Position numbers and translations under genes: made by a program. A DNA stretch of 64,000 bases, taken from assembly GCF_030684315.1 (NCBI RefSeq), contig NC_081356.1:132854933-132918932 (forward strand), in the 5' to 3' direction. Below are positions 14,069-27,200 of the stretch, in pieces (the stretch's first letter is position 1; each line of letters opens with the position of its first letter). The notes below the pieces were generated by a model that worked only from the letters and a program-made list of their open reading frames with translations, was not told where the DNA came from and did not search any database. Source of the stretch: Stegostoma tigrinum. Its lineage: Eukaryota.

Positions 14069-14735
14069 TTACTTTCTGAATGACCTTACTTTCTGAATGT
14101 AACATTTGACTGCTCTGTTCAACAGTCTGCAAACATCAGGGAAGAAGCTGTTCTTGAATCTGTTCACATCTGTACTCAAATATTTACACCTTCTGCCCAA
14201 TGGAAGAGGTTGGAGGAGAGTATTACCAAAGTGGGAGGGGTCCTTGGTTATCAGAGATAATGGGAACTGCAGATGCTGGAGAATCCAAGATAGCAAAGTT
14301 TGGAGCTGGATGAACACAGCAGGCCAAGCAGCATCTCAGGAGCACAAAAGCTGACGTTTCAGGCCTAGACCCTTCATCTCTCTAGAAGGGTCTAGGCCCG
14401 AAACGTCAGCTTTTGTGCTCCTGAGATGCTGCTTGGCCTGCTGTGTTCATCCAGCTCCAAACTTTGCTATCTGGGGTCCTTGGTTATGTTGGCTGTTCCA
14501 TGGGTAGTGGGAATTATAGATGGAGTCATTGGATGGAAGGCTGGTTTGTGTGATGGTCTGGGCTGTTCTCACAACTCTCTTGGGGTCTTGGGAGGAGCAG
14601 TTGCCATACCACACTTTCTCAGATGCTTTCTTTGGTGTGTCTATAAAGATTGGTCAGAGTATTTGTGGAAATGCCAAATTTTCTTAGCCTTCTGAGGAAG
14701 TAGAGTCATTATATTCCTTTCTTGAACAGTCGCAT
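14069..14735 (-). mobile_element. Inverted copy of the 3' end of the same Rex1/Babar LINE
   Basis: Reverse complement of ~16860-17291, including the terminal (TTCAGAAAGTAAG)2. Confidence 0.75.
14252..14472. mobile_element. Short palindromic Penelope-derived element
   Basis: Inverted pLTR arms; 15-bp direct repeat GGGGTCCTTGGTTAT at 14237-14251 and 14473-14487. Confidence 0.85.
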
Positions 14736-15639
14736 TGAAAAGAATGCACCAGAGCAAATAAACAGGCACTCTCACGCCCATGAAAAAGTTTGAGCTAGAT
14801 CACCAACGTCATGGAAATAAAGATGATGTCCCAAGACATTGCTTAACTGCCATCCATCAGCATTGGAAATGTGACACCACAGGATCTTTCTAGCTTCACA
14901 GTTCTATGTTTCACAAGCAACAGCAATGTATCACTCGATGCTGAAATCGTTGTGTGCAGCACAATAGTTACAGATCTTGTAGAGATGTTGCGGATATGTT
15001 ACAACAACGACCAGTCTGAGAAAGCCACACTACAAATTACCAGGCCTCAAAGTATTCTTCTATAGTGGGAAGAATGGGACAACAGTTGCTTGGTGGGACA
15101 AAACACTGAACTGTTTCCCCTTTCACTATCTCAGATGTATCCTCAGCATCTCTTGGAAGGACAAGATCACAAACTCAGAGGTTTTGGAGAGTGCTAATTT
15201 GAGCAGCATACAGTCATTGCTAAGTCAATGATTTCCTACACTGGTTCAGCAATGTTCATCTCATGGTGCATAGTATAAACTCAAGACCTCTGAGTGGCAA
15301 ACCGACCATTGTGCACCACCTTCTTGATGCCAATAACTCCATGACTCAAGGACCTGCAAGTGAGATATGAAGCTGTTGGACATTATTCATGATAAATGGG
15401 AGGCAGTCACTGAGGCAGTGGCCTCGAGAGATTGACTGGCTCAAGGGTAATTGGAAGGGACGAGTGGAAGTGGAAAAATAGACTGGCTAATATCTAGGCC
15501 TTGAGACTGTCTTCCTCAAACAAAGTTGAACGACAGAGCTGACGATCACAATTAAGCCTTTATCTCACAACATTTAAGGTTTTCAAGGAAATGTCACTGG
15601 CTTTGGGCAGACATTAAATGTTGAGACTGAACCGATGGA

Positions 15640-17291
15640 AAGCCCCATTGGAGTCCCAGCTATGCATTCAGATCCTGTGCAGAACAGCTGGCAGGAATAT
15701 TTGTTGAAATTTTAAACCTTTCCTTACTTCGAACTGAAGTCCCCACCTGCTTCAAGAAGACTGCGATCATCTCAGTGCCAAATAAAAATCATGCAGCGTG
15801 CCTCAATGACTACAGCCTGGCGGCCTTGACTTTCACAATTATGGAGTGGTTCGAGAGGTTAGTCATGGCTCATGTCAACTCCAACTTCCCAGATTGCCTT
15901 GATGCTTTGTAATTTGCCTACTGGCACAACACATCCACTGAAGATGACATCTCATAGAATTATGAAACCCCTACAATGGAGAAGCAGGCCATTCGGCCCA
16001 TTGAGTCCACCTGACCCCTTGAAGAGTATCCCACCCAGACCCATCCACCCTGTAATCCTGAATTTCCCTCGGCTAACTCCCAGCCCGCACGCCTTTGGAC
16101 ATCATGGGCAATTTAACATGGCCACCCCACCTAATCTGCACATCTTTGGACTGTGGGAGGACACTGGAGCACCTGGAGGAAACCCATGCAGTCACAGAGA
16201 GAATGTGCAAATTCCATGCAGACAGATAGTCACCCAAGGCTTGAATGGAACCCAGGTCCCTTGGTGCTGTCAGGCAGCAGTGTGAACAACTGAGCCACTG
16301 TGCTGCCTCGGCCCAAGGATACAGATGCCAGGATCCTATTTATTGACTATAGCTACACCTTCAACATCATAATTCCAAACAAACTCATCTCCAAACTCTG
16401 AGATATAGGTCTTGGCTCCCCGTTCTACAGCTGGAGCCTTGACTCCCTGACCCATAGACTGCCATCAGTAAAACTAGTTGACAAATCTCCTTCACCAAAA
16501 TCCTCTACACCAGTGTCCCGCAAGGCCCCTACTGTACTCCTTATACAATCATGACTGTGTGACCAAATTCTGCCCAGCTCCATTTACAAGTTTGCTGATG
16601 ACACCAACATTGTAGGTCAGATCTCAAAACAACGACGAGACAGAATACAGGAAAGAGATTTAGTGCTTAGCAGCATGGTGTAAACACAACAATTTCCCCA
16701 TTAATATCAGCAAAACGAAATGGCTGTTCATTGAATTTAGGAAGCGGAGTGATGGGCACGTCCCAGACTGTGTCAATAGTGCTGAGGCGGAGATGGTGGC
16801 GAATATCAAGCACATGGGAGTGATAATCATCAACGATCTGCCCTGGTGTTCTCTTGTTGGTGTGACTGTTCAAGAAAGGACAATAATGTCTCTACTTCTT
16901 CAGATAGCTAAGGAAATTTGGCATTTCCACAAATACTCTGACCAATTTTTATCGACACACAAAAGAAAACATCCAAGAAAGTGTGGTATGGCAACTGCAC
17001 TTCCCAAGACCCCAAGAGAGTTGTGAGAACAGCCCAGACCATGACACAAACCAGCCTTCCATCTAATGACTCTATCTAAAAATCCCACTACCTACAGAAG
17101 CAACCAACATAACCAAAGACCCCTCCCACTTTGATAATACTCTCCTCCATCCTCTTCCATTGGGCAGAAGGTGTCAATGTTTGAGTACAGATGTGAACAG
17201 ATTCAAGAACAGCTTCTTCCCTGCTGTTCGCAGACTGTTGAACGGAGCTATCAAATGTTACATTCAGAAAGTAAGGTCATTCAGAAAGTAA
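15640..17291 (+). mobile_element. Rex1/Babar-type LINE, degenerate, interrupted by a SINE at ~15955-16310
   Basis: Same RT motifs as 480-2390 (GTCCCCACCTGCTTCAAGAAGAC, AAGTTTGCTGATGACACC); 3' end with repeated TTCAGAAAGTAAG. Confidence 0.75.
15955..16310 (-). mobile_element. HE1-like SINE
   Basis: Same head and V-domain, reverse strand, inserted in the Rex LINE. Confidence 0.75.
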
Positions 17292-18370
17292 GTTGGCTTG
17301 GGGTTGAGGGAAATCTGGCTGTCTGTTTTCAGCATTGGTTGTCCAATAGAAGACAGAGTGTGGTAGTAGACGGAAAGTATTCAGCCTGGAGCTCTGTGAC
17401 CAGTGATGTTCTGCAGGGATCTGTTCTGGGACTTCTGGTCTTTGTGATTTTTATAAATAACTTGGATGAGGATGTGGAAGGGTGGGTTAGGAAGTCTGCC
17501 AATGACACAAATGTTGGTGGAATTGTGGACAGTGTGGAGGGCTGTTGCAGGTTGCAATGGGACATTGACAGGATGCAGACCTGGGCAGAGAAGTTGCAGA
17601 CGGAATTCAATCCAGGAAAGTGTGAATTGATTCATTTTGGAAGGTGAAATTTGAATGCAGAATACAGGGGCAATGGCAGGATTCTCGGCAGTGTGGAGAA
17701 ACAGAGGTATCTTGGGGTCTACGTCCATAGATCCCTCAAAGTTGCTACCCAAGTTGATAGGGTTGTAAATAAGGCATATGGTGTGCTGGCTTTCATTGGC
17801 AGAGGAATTGATTTTAAGAACTGTGAGGTTATGCTGCAGCTCTATAAAACTCTGGTTAGACAACACTTGGAATATTGTGTTCAGTTCTGGTCACCTCATT
17901 GTAGGAAAGATGTGGAAGCTTTAGAGAGGGTGCAGAGGAGATTTAATGGAATGCTGCCTGGATTGGAGGGCAGGTCTTATGAGGAAAGGTTGAGGGAGTT
18001 AGGACTTTTCTCATTGGAGCGAAAAAGGATGACAGGTGACTTGATAGAGTTGTATAAGATGATGAGGCATCGATAGAGTGGATAGTCAGAGACTTTTTCC
18101 CAGGGTGGAGATGACTATTACAAGATGGTATAATTTTAAGTTGATTGGAGGAAGGTTTTGGGGAGATATTAGAGGGATGTTCTTTACACAGAGAGTGGTG
18201 GGCATGTGGAATGCGCTGCCAGCAGTGGTAGCGGAGTCAGATACTTTAGAGACTTTGAAGCGACTCTTGGATAGGCACATAGAGGATGGTAAAATGTAGG
18301 GTATACAGGGTAGATTGGCCTTAGTATGGTAATAGGTCTGCACAACATTGTGGGCTGAAGGGCCTGTATT
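17292..18370 (+). mobile_element. CR1-type LINE RT and 3' region
   Basis: ORFs with VTSDVLQGSVLG, LEYCVQFWSP, LERVQRRF, FFTQRVV. Confidence 0.85.
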
Positions 18371-18592
18371 GTTTTTTTTATTCGTTGACAGGATGAGGAC
18401 GTCACCAAATAGCCAGCATTTATTGCTCCTCTCTAATTGCCCAGCAGGCAGTTCACAGTCAACCACATTGCTGTGTGTCTGAAGTCACATGTAGGCCAGA
18501 CCAGGTAAGGATGGCAGTATCCTTCCAAAAGGACATTAATGAACCAGAGGGATTTTTTCCGACAATCAGCAATGGCTTCATGATCATCATTA

Positions 18593-19071
18593 GAGGGTGC
18601 AAAGGAGGTTTACCAGGATGCTGCATGGACTGGAGGGCTTGTCTTACGAGGAGAGGTTGACTGAGCTCGGACTTTCCTCTCTGGAAAGAAGGAGGAAGAG
18701 AGGTGACCTGATCGAGGTGTACAAGGTAATGAGAGGCATGGATAGAGTTGATAGCCAGAGACTTTTCCGCAGGGCAGGATTGACTGCCACGAGGGGTCAT
18801 AGTTTTAAGGTGTTAGGAGGAACGTATAGAGGAGACGTCAGAGGGAGGTTCTTCACCCAGAGAGTTGTGAGCGCATGGGATACTTTGCCAGTGGTAGTCA
18901 TGGAAGCAGAGTCTTTAGTGACATTTAAGCGACTGCTGGACATGCACATGGACAGCAGTGAATTGAGGGGAATGTAGGTTAGGTTATTTTAATTTTGGAC
19001 TAAAATTAATCCACGGCACAACATCGTGGGCCGAAGGCCCTGTACTGTGCTGTACTTTTCTATGTTCTATG
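18593..19071 (+). mobile_element. CR1-type LINE 3' fragment
   Basis: ORF QRRFTRML..LEGLSYEERL...FFTQRVV; (TTCTATG)n tail. Confidence 0.85.
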
Positions 19072-19075
19072 TATT

Positions 19076-19311
19076 TGCAGTGATCATAAGGAGGTAAGCC
19101 AGGTAGAGCTCATAGAATATGAGTTCCCTGATTGGGGCTGTTAACCTGGTCCAATCAGGAAAGCCCTGGCTGACAAATATAAACAGGAGTGTCAGAGGGT
19201 CTATTCACTCTGAGAGCTGGCTCTGTCTAAGCTGAAGCAGTATCAAGGACTCTCCACATGTCAATAAAGGTCGCTTGGTGATGGGATACAGGTATCTCTT
19301 GAGTTATTTCA
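19076..19311 (+). mobile_element. Solo LTR of the same Gypsy family
   Basis: TG...CA ends, TATAAA and AATAAA; shares TGCAGTGAT and TTCCCTGATTGGGGCTGTTA with the LTR at 21725-21917. Confidence 0.75.
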
Positions 19312-19844
19312 GGATGGACCCCAGCTCTTCACAATATATATGAGTGATTTAGATAAGGAAACTATGTGCCGTGTCTCCAAGTTTGCTGACAACACAATGC
19401 TGGGTGGGAGGGTGAACTGTGAAGAGAATGCAAAGGTGTTTGAGTGTGATTTCAGTAAGTTGAATGACTAGGCAAATGTGTGGCAGCTGACATAGCATGT
19501 GGATAAATGTGGTTTGGTTGCACACTTTGGTTGCAAAACGGGAAGACAGATTATGCGAATGGTGATAGATTGGGAAGGTGGAAGTGCAATGAAACTTGGG
19601 TGTCCTTGTACATTAGTCACCTCCGCAACATTGCATTATAGAAAATCATGCTACAGAAGTAACAGGGTCTATGGGAAAAGCGGGTTCAGGGCAGATCACC
19701 AAAAATATCACTCAAAGTTACTCACAAAAGTTTAAAAGCTATACACAAAAGATAGCATAGTTTGAATAAATGTCCAATTCATATTTAATAATGAAATAAA
19801 AGTAAAATTAATATCTTACTTTGAAAAAATGTCAAGATGTTTTT

Positions 19845-20090
19845 GGGGTGGCACAGTGGCTATCACTGCTGCTTCACATCACCAGTGAGTTCGATTCCAC
19901 CCTTCGGTGACTATCTGTGTGGAGTTGGCACGTTCTCCCTGTGTCTGTGTGGGTTTCAGCCAGATGCTCTGGTTTCCTCACACAGTCCAAAGATGTTCAG
20001 GCAGGTTGGCTTGGCCGTGACTAAATTGCCCGTAGATGTGTAGATTAGGTGAGTTATAGGGGGACGGGTCTGGGTGGGATGCTCTGAGCC
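19845..20090 (+). mobile_element. HE1-like SINE
   Basis: GGTGGCACAGTGG head and V-domain. Confidence 0.7.
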
Positions 20091-21208
20091 ACAGCATGGA
20101 GACTCTTTCAGAGCTAAAATTGCACGTCTTCAGGACAAAGCCCGTGAAATGTTCATGTGATGTCAACACATACTCCTCCATGCATCGATGGAATTGCTTT
20201 ACAGCCAACCCACGTTCATGTTTTAGAAATAGCATTCCCCTGTTGGTCAGTCGTATTATAGCCTATTTGCTTTCCTGGACACGTGTCGTAACAGAACTGA
20301 CTACACTGAGTACAGTTTGGTGCCCTTATCTGAGAAAGGATATTCTGATTGCAGAAGGAGTGTAACATTGGTTTACCACAGTGACTCATGGACTGGCAGG
20401 ACTGACATTTAAAGAGAGACTGGATTGATTAGTTCTCTATTCACTAGATTTTCGAAGGTTAGGGGAGGTTTCATAAAAACCTGCAAAATTTTAACAGGAG
20501 TAGGCAGGGTGAATGCAGAATGATATTTCCAATGGCTGGGGAGCCCAGAACCAGGAGTCACTATCTAAATATGCAGGATTGGCCATTTATGACTGACACA
20601 AGGAAAAATATCTTCTCCCAGATAGTGGTGAGACTGTGGAATTCTCTGCCAGAGAAAGCGTCTGAGGGCAATGCAGGCTCGAAGGGCTGAATAACCTACC
20701 TGTGCTCTATTTTCTATTTGCCTAAGACCTGGAAGAAATATTTGTGGTGTTTTCTACTACTCAATTTGAAAACAAGTTAATGTTGCCTTACTGTGACTTT
20801 CGGGAGTTTGCATGTTCCCCTCATATCAGCATAGGTTTCTGCTGGGTGGTCAGGTTGTCTCCCAAGTCCAAAATGCAGACTGGGTGGATTAGCCATGGTA
20901 AATGTGAGGTTATTGGCATTATGTGGGGTGCTGGGTCTGAGTGGGATACTCTTTGGGGGGTGAGTGCAGACTTAGTGGGCTGAAAGACCTCTTTAACACT
21001 ACAGATATTCTATTCCCCTCCATAACACCTGGAGCAGGTACGACTTGAATTCAGTCTTCCTAGTCCAGGGGTTAGGACACTACTACTGCACTATGAGAAG
21101 GCCTTCTTAACTACTTGTTTTATTGTGAATTTCAAAGAAATGTAACAAATTGAATCAAGAACTTCAGCACATTGATCTTATTCATTTTGATATCTGCCCT
21201 TTCCTCAG

Positions 21209-21559
21209 CTTCTCAGGAAGAAGTTTCAGTGGTGAGTGGGACAGAGGGAGAGTCAGTCACTTTACCCTGCATCTTCAAGACCAAGCGCAATTACCCCCTG
21301 ACTGCTGTTGCCTGGATGAGGAAGGAGCCCTACCAACACATCATTACATTTACAGCCCAATCACAGGGAAATTGGACAACTGGAAACGGTGGAAATCAAT
21401 ATGAACTCATCGGGAGCCCAGAGGAGGGAAATGCCTCGACCAGGATAAATCAGCTGAGTGTGAGGGACAATCACACTTTCCTGTGTCTGGTGGAATACAG
21501 TTCAAAACCCGATTCTCAGTATCTGATCCAGAAAGAGACACGGCTGCTGGTCATGCCTG
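21209..21559 (+). CDS. Siglec-15-like receptor, exon encoding second V-set Ig domain (V2)
   Basis: Acceptor CCCTTTCCTCAG|, donor CCTG|GTAAGA, phase 1-1. Translates ASQEEVSVVSGTEGESVTLPCIF...AWMRKEPY...LIGSPEEGNAS.RI..L...D...FLCLVEY...ETRLLVMP with canonical B-strand Cys, C-strand Trp and F-strand Cys. Confidence 0.88.
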
Positions 21560-21724
21560 GTAAGAAGCTGCTCATATATTCTTCAGTCTGTAGACAGTGT
21601 ATAGTGAGGGTGTAACTAATTCTCTGAACCTTTAATGATTACATTTTCTAGTGAAAATAATTGAACTAAAATATTCACCCTGTTTCCCTCCACAGGGGTT
21701 ATTTGGCCTGTTGAGTATCTGAAG

Positions 21725-23390
21725 TCACCAAACCACCTCTTATTTACATGTGGAAAATCCTTGACATTGATCCAGCTCCCTCAGAGCAAACAGAACCTTT
21801 GACACTCCTGTTTACGTCTGCCAGCTAGAGCTCCCTGATTGAACCAGAATAACAGCCCCAATCAGGGAATCCACACTCTGTGAAGTGCAGCTGGCTCACC
21901 TCATTACAATCACTGCATCCCTCCCACTTTGTGTCCAAGGACACAGGTTGATCCTTTCTCTTTGAGAACCGGCTGGGGTATATTAGCACTGGGTCAGGTT
22001 CCTCAGACTCAGCGCCCCATATGAGCAGTGTGTTACACACGGCAGCTCACCTCTTGTACCAGGACTGCTTTGATCAAATTTCATTCCTTATTCTGGTGAC
22101 AAAGGCATCATGCATCTATACCTGTTGTGTCCATCTCTGATTCAGAGGGCTCGTCAATGCTTGATGGAGAGGATAAACACATGGGTTCTGGCAGCCTTTC
22201 CTACTTTTCCAAAGGGCTGGCACATTTTTTCCCACACTGTTTGCAAATTTGCGGTTTCATACAGTCCAAGGACTGTCACACCTCCCTGAATTTTATACAT
22301 CACTGGACTTCACCTTGACCATACCACCTACCCATGCAGGTCATTTTCATGATTCATGCATCAAACTTGTACCCCTGTATCAAACTGTCTCTCTCACTTG
22401 ATAGAGTCTTGTGTCAGCCACTCTCATTCTTGATACCATTTCACTCTCAACCCCCAGGTCCACGAAGATCCTGGCATTGAGTCCTCTCCCCATTAACAAC
22501 TCAACTGGTGCTACACCTGTAGCTGGATGCAGTTTGTTCTTATAATCAAATAGGAACCATGACAGCATGGTCTCTAGCAAGCCTGTTTCTTCAAGCCAGC
22601 CTTCAAAATTTAGACAGTTCTTTCTTCCAGGCTATTGGAAGATGGGTGATCTGGACCTGTCCTTAAATGTCGAGTCCTGTTCATCTTTAGGAAATACCCA
22701 AACTCCCCATTGGCATTGTTTCTGCAACTTCCAGGACTCTGTTTGTTGAAAAAGAGTGTGCTATTTTTCTATCATTGTCTCTGTTTTTGACAAGTGGACT
22801 CTATGCAGGTCCGACAACTTTGGGTGGGCATCTACAATGACAAAACACATTGAGCCCATGAAAGGAATAGCATAGTCAACATGCAACCGACCTACCTGTC
22901 CATTCCCATGAATGTAGGGGAACTGCTGACAATAATTTTTGTCCTTGCTGGAACTTTGAACACTGCCTCATCAACACAGTCATGTCAGCATCCAAGCCGG
23001 GCCACCAGACATAGCTTTTTGCCAACATCTTTATTTTGGAGATTCCTCAATGCCCTAGTAAAGTTCAGCCAGTGTTCCGCAGCAGCGTTTGCTTGGGACA
23101 ATCACTCTTGCTCCCCATAACAATATACTTTCCTCTACTGTCAGCCTGCGTCTCTGGGTGCAAAAATGTTTCAGTTCTAGTTGTGATGGTCCATTGGTTT
23201 CTCCCATTACCACCAGTTGTTTCAGATTTGAAAGGACTGAACCCTTCTATGTCCAAAGTCTGATATTGTCAGCTGTGAATGGGAGTTTGTCCAGAAAATT
23301 TAATACCATTACAGACTCTTCCATTATGGATACTACTGGTATTGTGTCTGCTAATGTATCCACATTCACTTCATGGCTTTCCACCAAAGA
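21725..23390 (-). mobile_element. Gypsy-type LTR retrotransposon relic: 3' LTR 21725-21917, PPT, degenerate integrase/pol
   Basis: Minus strand PPT GGGAGGG then TGCAGTGAT LTR start; integrase remnants FLFDYK..HPATGVAPVELLMGR and HVDYA..FMGSMCFVIVDAH. Confidence 0.75.
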
Positions 23391-23980
23391 GTGAGCAGGT
23401 TGGCAAGCAAAGATGTCATGCTGCAACTGTACAAAATGCTAGTACAGCCTCATTTGGAATATTGCATGCAGTTCTGGTTGCCCCATTACAGGAAGGATGT
23501 GGAAGCATTAGAAAAGGTGCAGAGAAGATTTACCAGGATGTTGCCTGGTCTGGAGCTCAGGCCCTATGAAGAAAGGCTGAGGGGCTTGGGTCTGTTCTCA
23601 TTGGTGACAAGGAGGCTAAGAGGGGATTTAATAGAGACGTACAAGATGATCAGATGATTAGATAGGGTGGACAGTGAGAGTCTTTTTCTGAGGATAATGG
23701 CTTCAGCTTGTACAAGGGGGCGTAGCTACAAATTGAGGGGTGTTAGATTTAAGACAGATGTCAGAGGCAGGTTCTTTACTCAGAGAGTGGTAAGGGCGCG
23801 GAACGCCCTGCCTGCCAATGTAGTTAACTCAGCCACATTAGGGGCATTTAAACAGTCCTTGGATAAGCATATGGATAATGATGGGATAGTGTAGGGGGAG
23901 GAGCTTAGATTAGTTCACAGGTCGGCACAACATCGAGGGCTGAAGGGCCTGTTCTGTGCTGAATTGTTCTATGCTCTATA
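23375..23980 (+). mobile_element. CR1-type LINE 3' fragment
   Basis: ORFs HLEYCMQFW.PHYRKDV, FFTQRVV; CR1 tail. Confidence 0.85.
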
Positions 23981-24884
23981 ATCTGTTTAAAAATGTAATT
24001 TTGGCATTCACCTAAAATTCGAGTGTTATGCAGAATTCCCATCTCTTGATATAAATCACAGCTAGATAGAATACAGTAGATCCAAAAATTGTTTAGAACT
24101 TGGAAGGTCTATCTAACAGGAAATATCAAAGATGCAAGTGTTCTCACTTTGAGAACAGAGAAGACTGAAAGTTGACCTGATACACAATTTATGGTTTAAT
24201 AGAGTAGACAAAGAACGACCAAAACTAGGAACCATAAATAGAGGAGACACTAAGAAACCCAATGGAGAAACATTTTTATCCAAAGACTGGTTTGAATGCA
24301 GATACTGCTGCTGTCTGGGGTGCTGGAGATAAATGCAAGCATAGAGAAATTCCGGCACAAAAGAGGCCATTCAGCCCATTGACTTAGGAAGCAGGCAGGA
24401 TTCAGACAAATGGCGGACTTTTATTCAAGCAAAAGCTGGTTAATGCCAAAGGATCTTCCCGGAATATGACCTCGACGTGACAACACAATTATTCCCTTAA
24501 TCATTGACTCAGGCCAGAAGAGAGATCAATGTCACACCCTGATTTTTACAGTGAAACACAACATTTTTATACATTTTGTGTTACAATACTCACATACAAT
24601 GTGGTCAATGCGTCCTTCTTCCTGGTTCCATACACCCAATCCTGTGAAACACCTAATCAATGATGCGCATTCCTACTGATGGCCTCAGGTTCCCATGATC
24701 TCATGGTGTTTAACAGACATTGTTAATCTCCAAGTCTTGGGATCTTTCTACACAACTTGCTAATTAGCATTTCAAAGTTACTGGTTATAATCCTTCCGGT
24801 TTGTCTCAGACTTCCTTATCTCTAAGGACTGCTTGAATTCTGTTATTCATTGTTTTCCATGTGCTACATTTATCAAATTCAGTT

Positions 24885-25213
24885 AGAATAGATAGGGTGG
24901 ACAGTGAGAGCCTTTTTCCTCAGATGGAGATGGCTAGCACGAGGGGACATAGCTTTAAATTGCGGGGTGATAGATATAGGACAGATGTCAGGGAGTAGGT
25001 TCTTTACTCGGAGAGTAGTAAGGGCGTGAAATGCCCTGCCTGCAACAGTAGTAGACTAGCCAAGTTTAAGGGCATTTAAATGGTCATTGGATAAACATAT
25101 GGATGATAATGGAATAGTGTAGGTTAGATGGGCTTCAGTTTGGTTTCACAGGTCGGCGCAACATTGAGAGCTGAAGCGTCTGTACTGTGCTGTAGCGTTC
25201 AATGTTCTATGTT
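24885..25213 (+). mobile_element. CR1-type LINE 3' fragment
   Basis: 3' CR1 sequence with GTTCTATG tail; TTCAGTTA repeated at both ends. Confidence 0.75.
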
Positions 25214-25994
25214 CAGTTATTCCTCTTGTATTTTCCATTGTCCCAATCATGTACCTAAAAAATACAAAAGACAATTGGTTTTTGACTAGATGCTATAAGA
25301 TTTATAGTATTAATTTCCACTGTGGAGTTAGTTGCAAAGTGTGAAGTTATATGACTACTTCTACAGTTATCACCTTGTAATTAAGTTGTGACCATTCTAT
25401 TTCATTCAGGGTGTACTGAGTATCATTTTTACAGAGAAGAGAATGCATTTCCTGAGGCGATTTAACTTTGTGTTTAAGTATTTCCCCCTAATGTTTCTAT
25501 CATACTTTTGTTTATACGTGTATCTATCCTAATGTTAAAACCTATCCCTCTGATTATCTGAAGAATCTTTAACTAGAGCCTACATTGTGGGTAACTTCAA
25601 AGAAGCAATGAATTACTACAAAATAATTTTACCTGTTGTTTCTAGCTGCATAGGGGGTTAGTCTGACTGGTTCATGGGTTCAGATTTACACCCCTTGTTC
25701 TAACTGGTGCTATTCACTTAATGGGACAACATCCTTTCATTAATGAGGCTGGAAGCAATCTCTTGTCTATCCTTAGGCATCCTCTTAACAAACTGTCTGG
25801 AGGGTTGTTTGTCGGGCCCCATGATAACCTTGGAGTAGTCCCGTTCAAAGTACCATTATGTTCCACTTAATTGTTAGAGCAGAGCTCTCCCATTTTGTTT
25901 TCATCCTTGTCGAACATTTTGTGTCTTTCAAACGTGGGCCACTGTTACAAACCCTGACAAGATTCTTGTAAATCTCATCGAAATTAAAGGGCAC

Positions 25995-27200
25995 ATAATT
26001 CTTTGAGAAGGTGACCAAACAGGTAGATGAGAGTAAACCGGTTGATGTGGTATATATGGATTTTAGCAAGGTGTTCGATAAGGTTCCCCACAATAGACTG
26101 TTGTACAAAATCCGGAGGAATGGAATTGTGGGAGATATAGCAGTTTGGATCGGAAATTGGCTTGCTGAAAGAAGACAGAGGGTGGTAGTTGATGGGAAAT
26201 GTTCATCCTGGAGACCAGTTACTAGTGGTGTACCGCAAGGGTCGGTGTTGGGCCCACTGCTGTTTGTCATTTTTATAAATGACCTGGATGAGAGCGTAGA
26301 AGGATGGGTTAGTAAATTTGCAGACAACACTAAGGTCGGTGGAGTTGTGGATAGTGACGAAGGATGCTATAGGTTGCAGAGAGACATAGATAAGCTGCAG
26401 AGCTGGGCTGAGTGGTGGCAAATGGAGTTTAATGCGGACAAGTGTGAGGTGATGCACTTTGGTAGGAGTAACCAGAAGGCAATGGTAAGATTCTTAGCAG
26501 TGTAGATGAGCAGAGAGATCTTGGTGTCCATGTACACAGATCCTTGAAAGTTGCCACCCAGGTTGACAGGGCTGTTAAGAAGGCATACAATGTTTTAGCT
26601 TTTATTAATAGAGGGATCGAGTTCCGGAACCGAGAGGTTATGGTGAAGCTGTACAAAACTCTGGTGCGGCTGCACTTGGAGTATTGCGTACAGTTCTGGT
26701 CACCGCATTATAAGAAGGATGTGGAAGCTTTGGAAAGGGTGCAGAGGAGATTTCCTAGGATGTTGCCTGGTATGGAGGGAAGGTCTTACGAGGAAAGGCT
26801 GAGGGACTTGAGGCTGTTTTCATTAGAGAGAAGAAGGTTGAGAGGTGACTTAATTGAAACATATAAAATAATCAGAGGGTTAGATAGGGTGGATAGGGAG
26901 AGCCGTTTTCCTAGGATGGTGACGGCAAGCACGAGGGGGCATAGCTTTAAATTGAGGGGTGAAAGATATAGGACAGATGTCAGAGGTAGTTTCTTTACTC
27001 AGAGAGTAGTAAGGAAATGGAATGCTTTGCCTGCAACGGTAGTAGATTCGCCAACTTTAGATACATTTAAGTCGTCATTGGACAAGCACATGGACGTACA
27101 TGGAATAGTGTAGGTTAGATGGGCTTGAGATCGGTACGACAGGTCGGCACAACATCGAGGGCCGAAGGGCCTGTACTGTGCTGTAATGTTCTATGTTCTA
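25995..27200 (+). mobile_element. Young CR1-type LINE, 5'-truncated RT
   Basis: ORFs 26011-26505 ([34 protein letters not shown]) and 26544-27113; (GTTCTAT)n tail. Confidence 0.9.

Noticed and set aside
21172-21208. ORF-track N-terminus MILFILISALSS resembling a signal peptide for a stand-alone V2 protein
   Set aside because: It starts at TTG and is the translated polypyrimidine tract; a phase-1 acceptor at 21208 fits splicing from V1.
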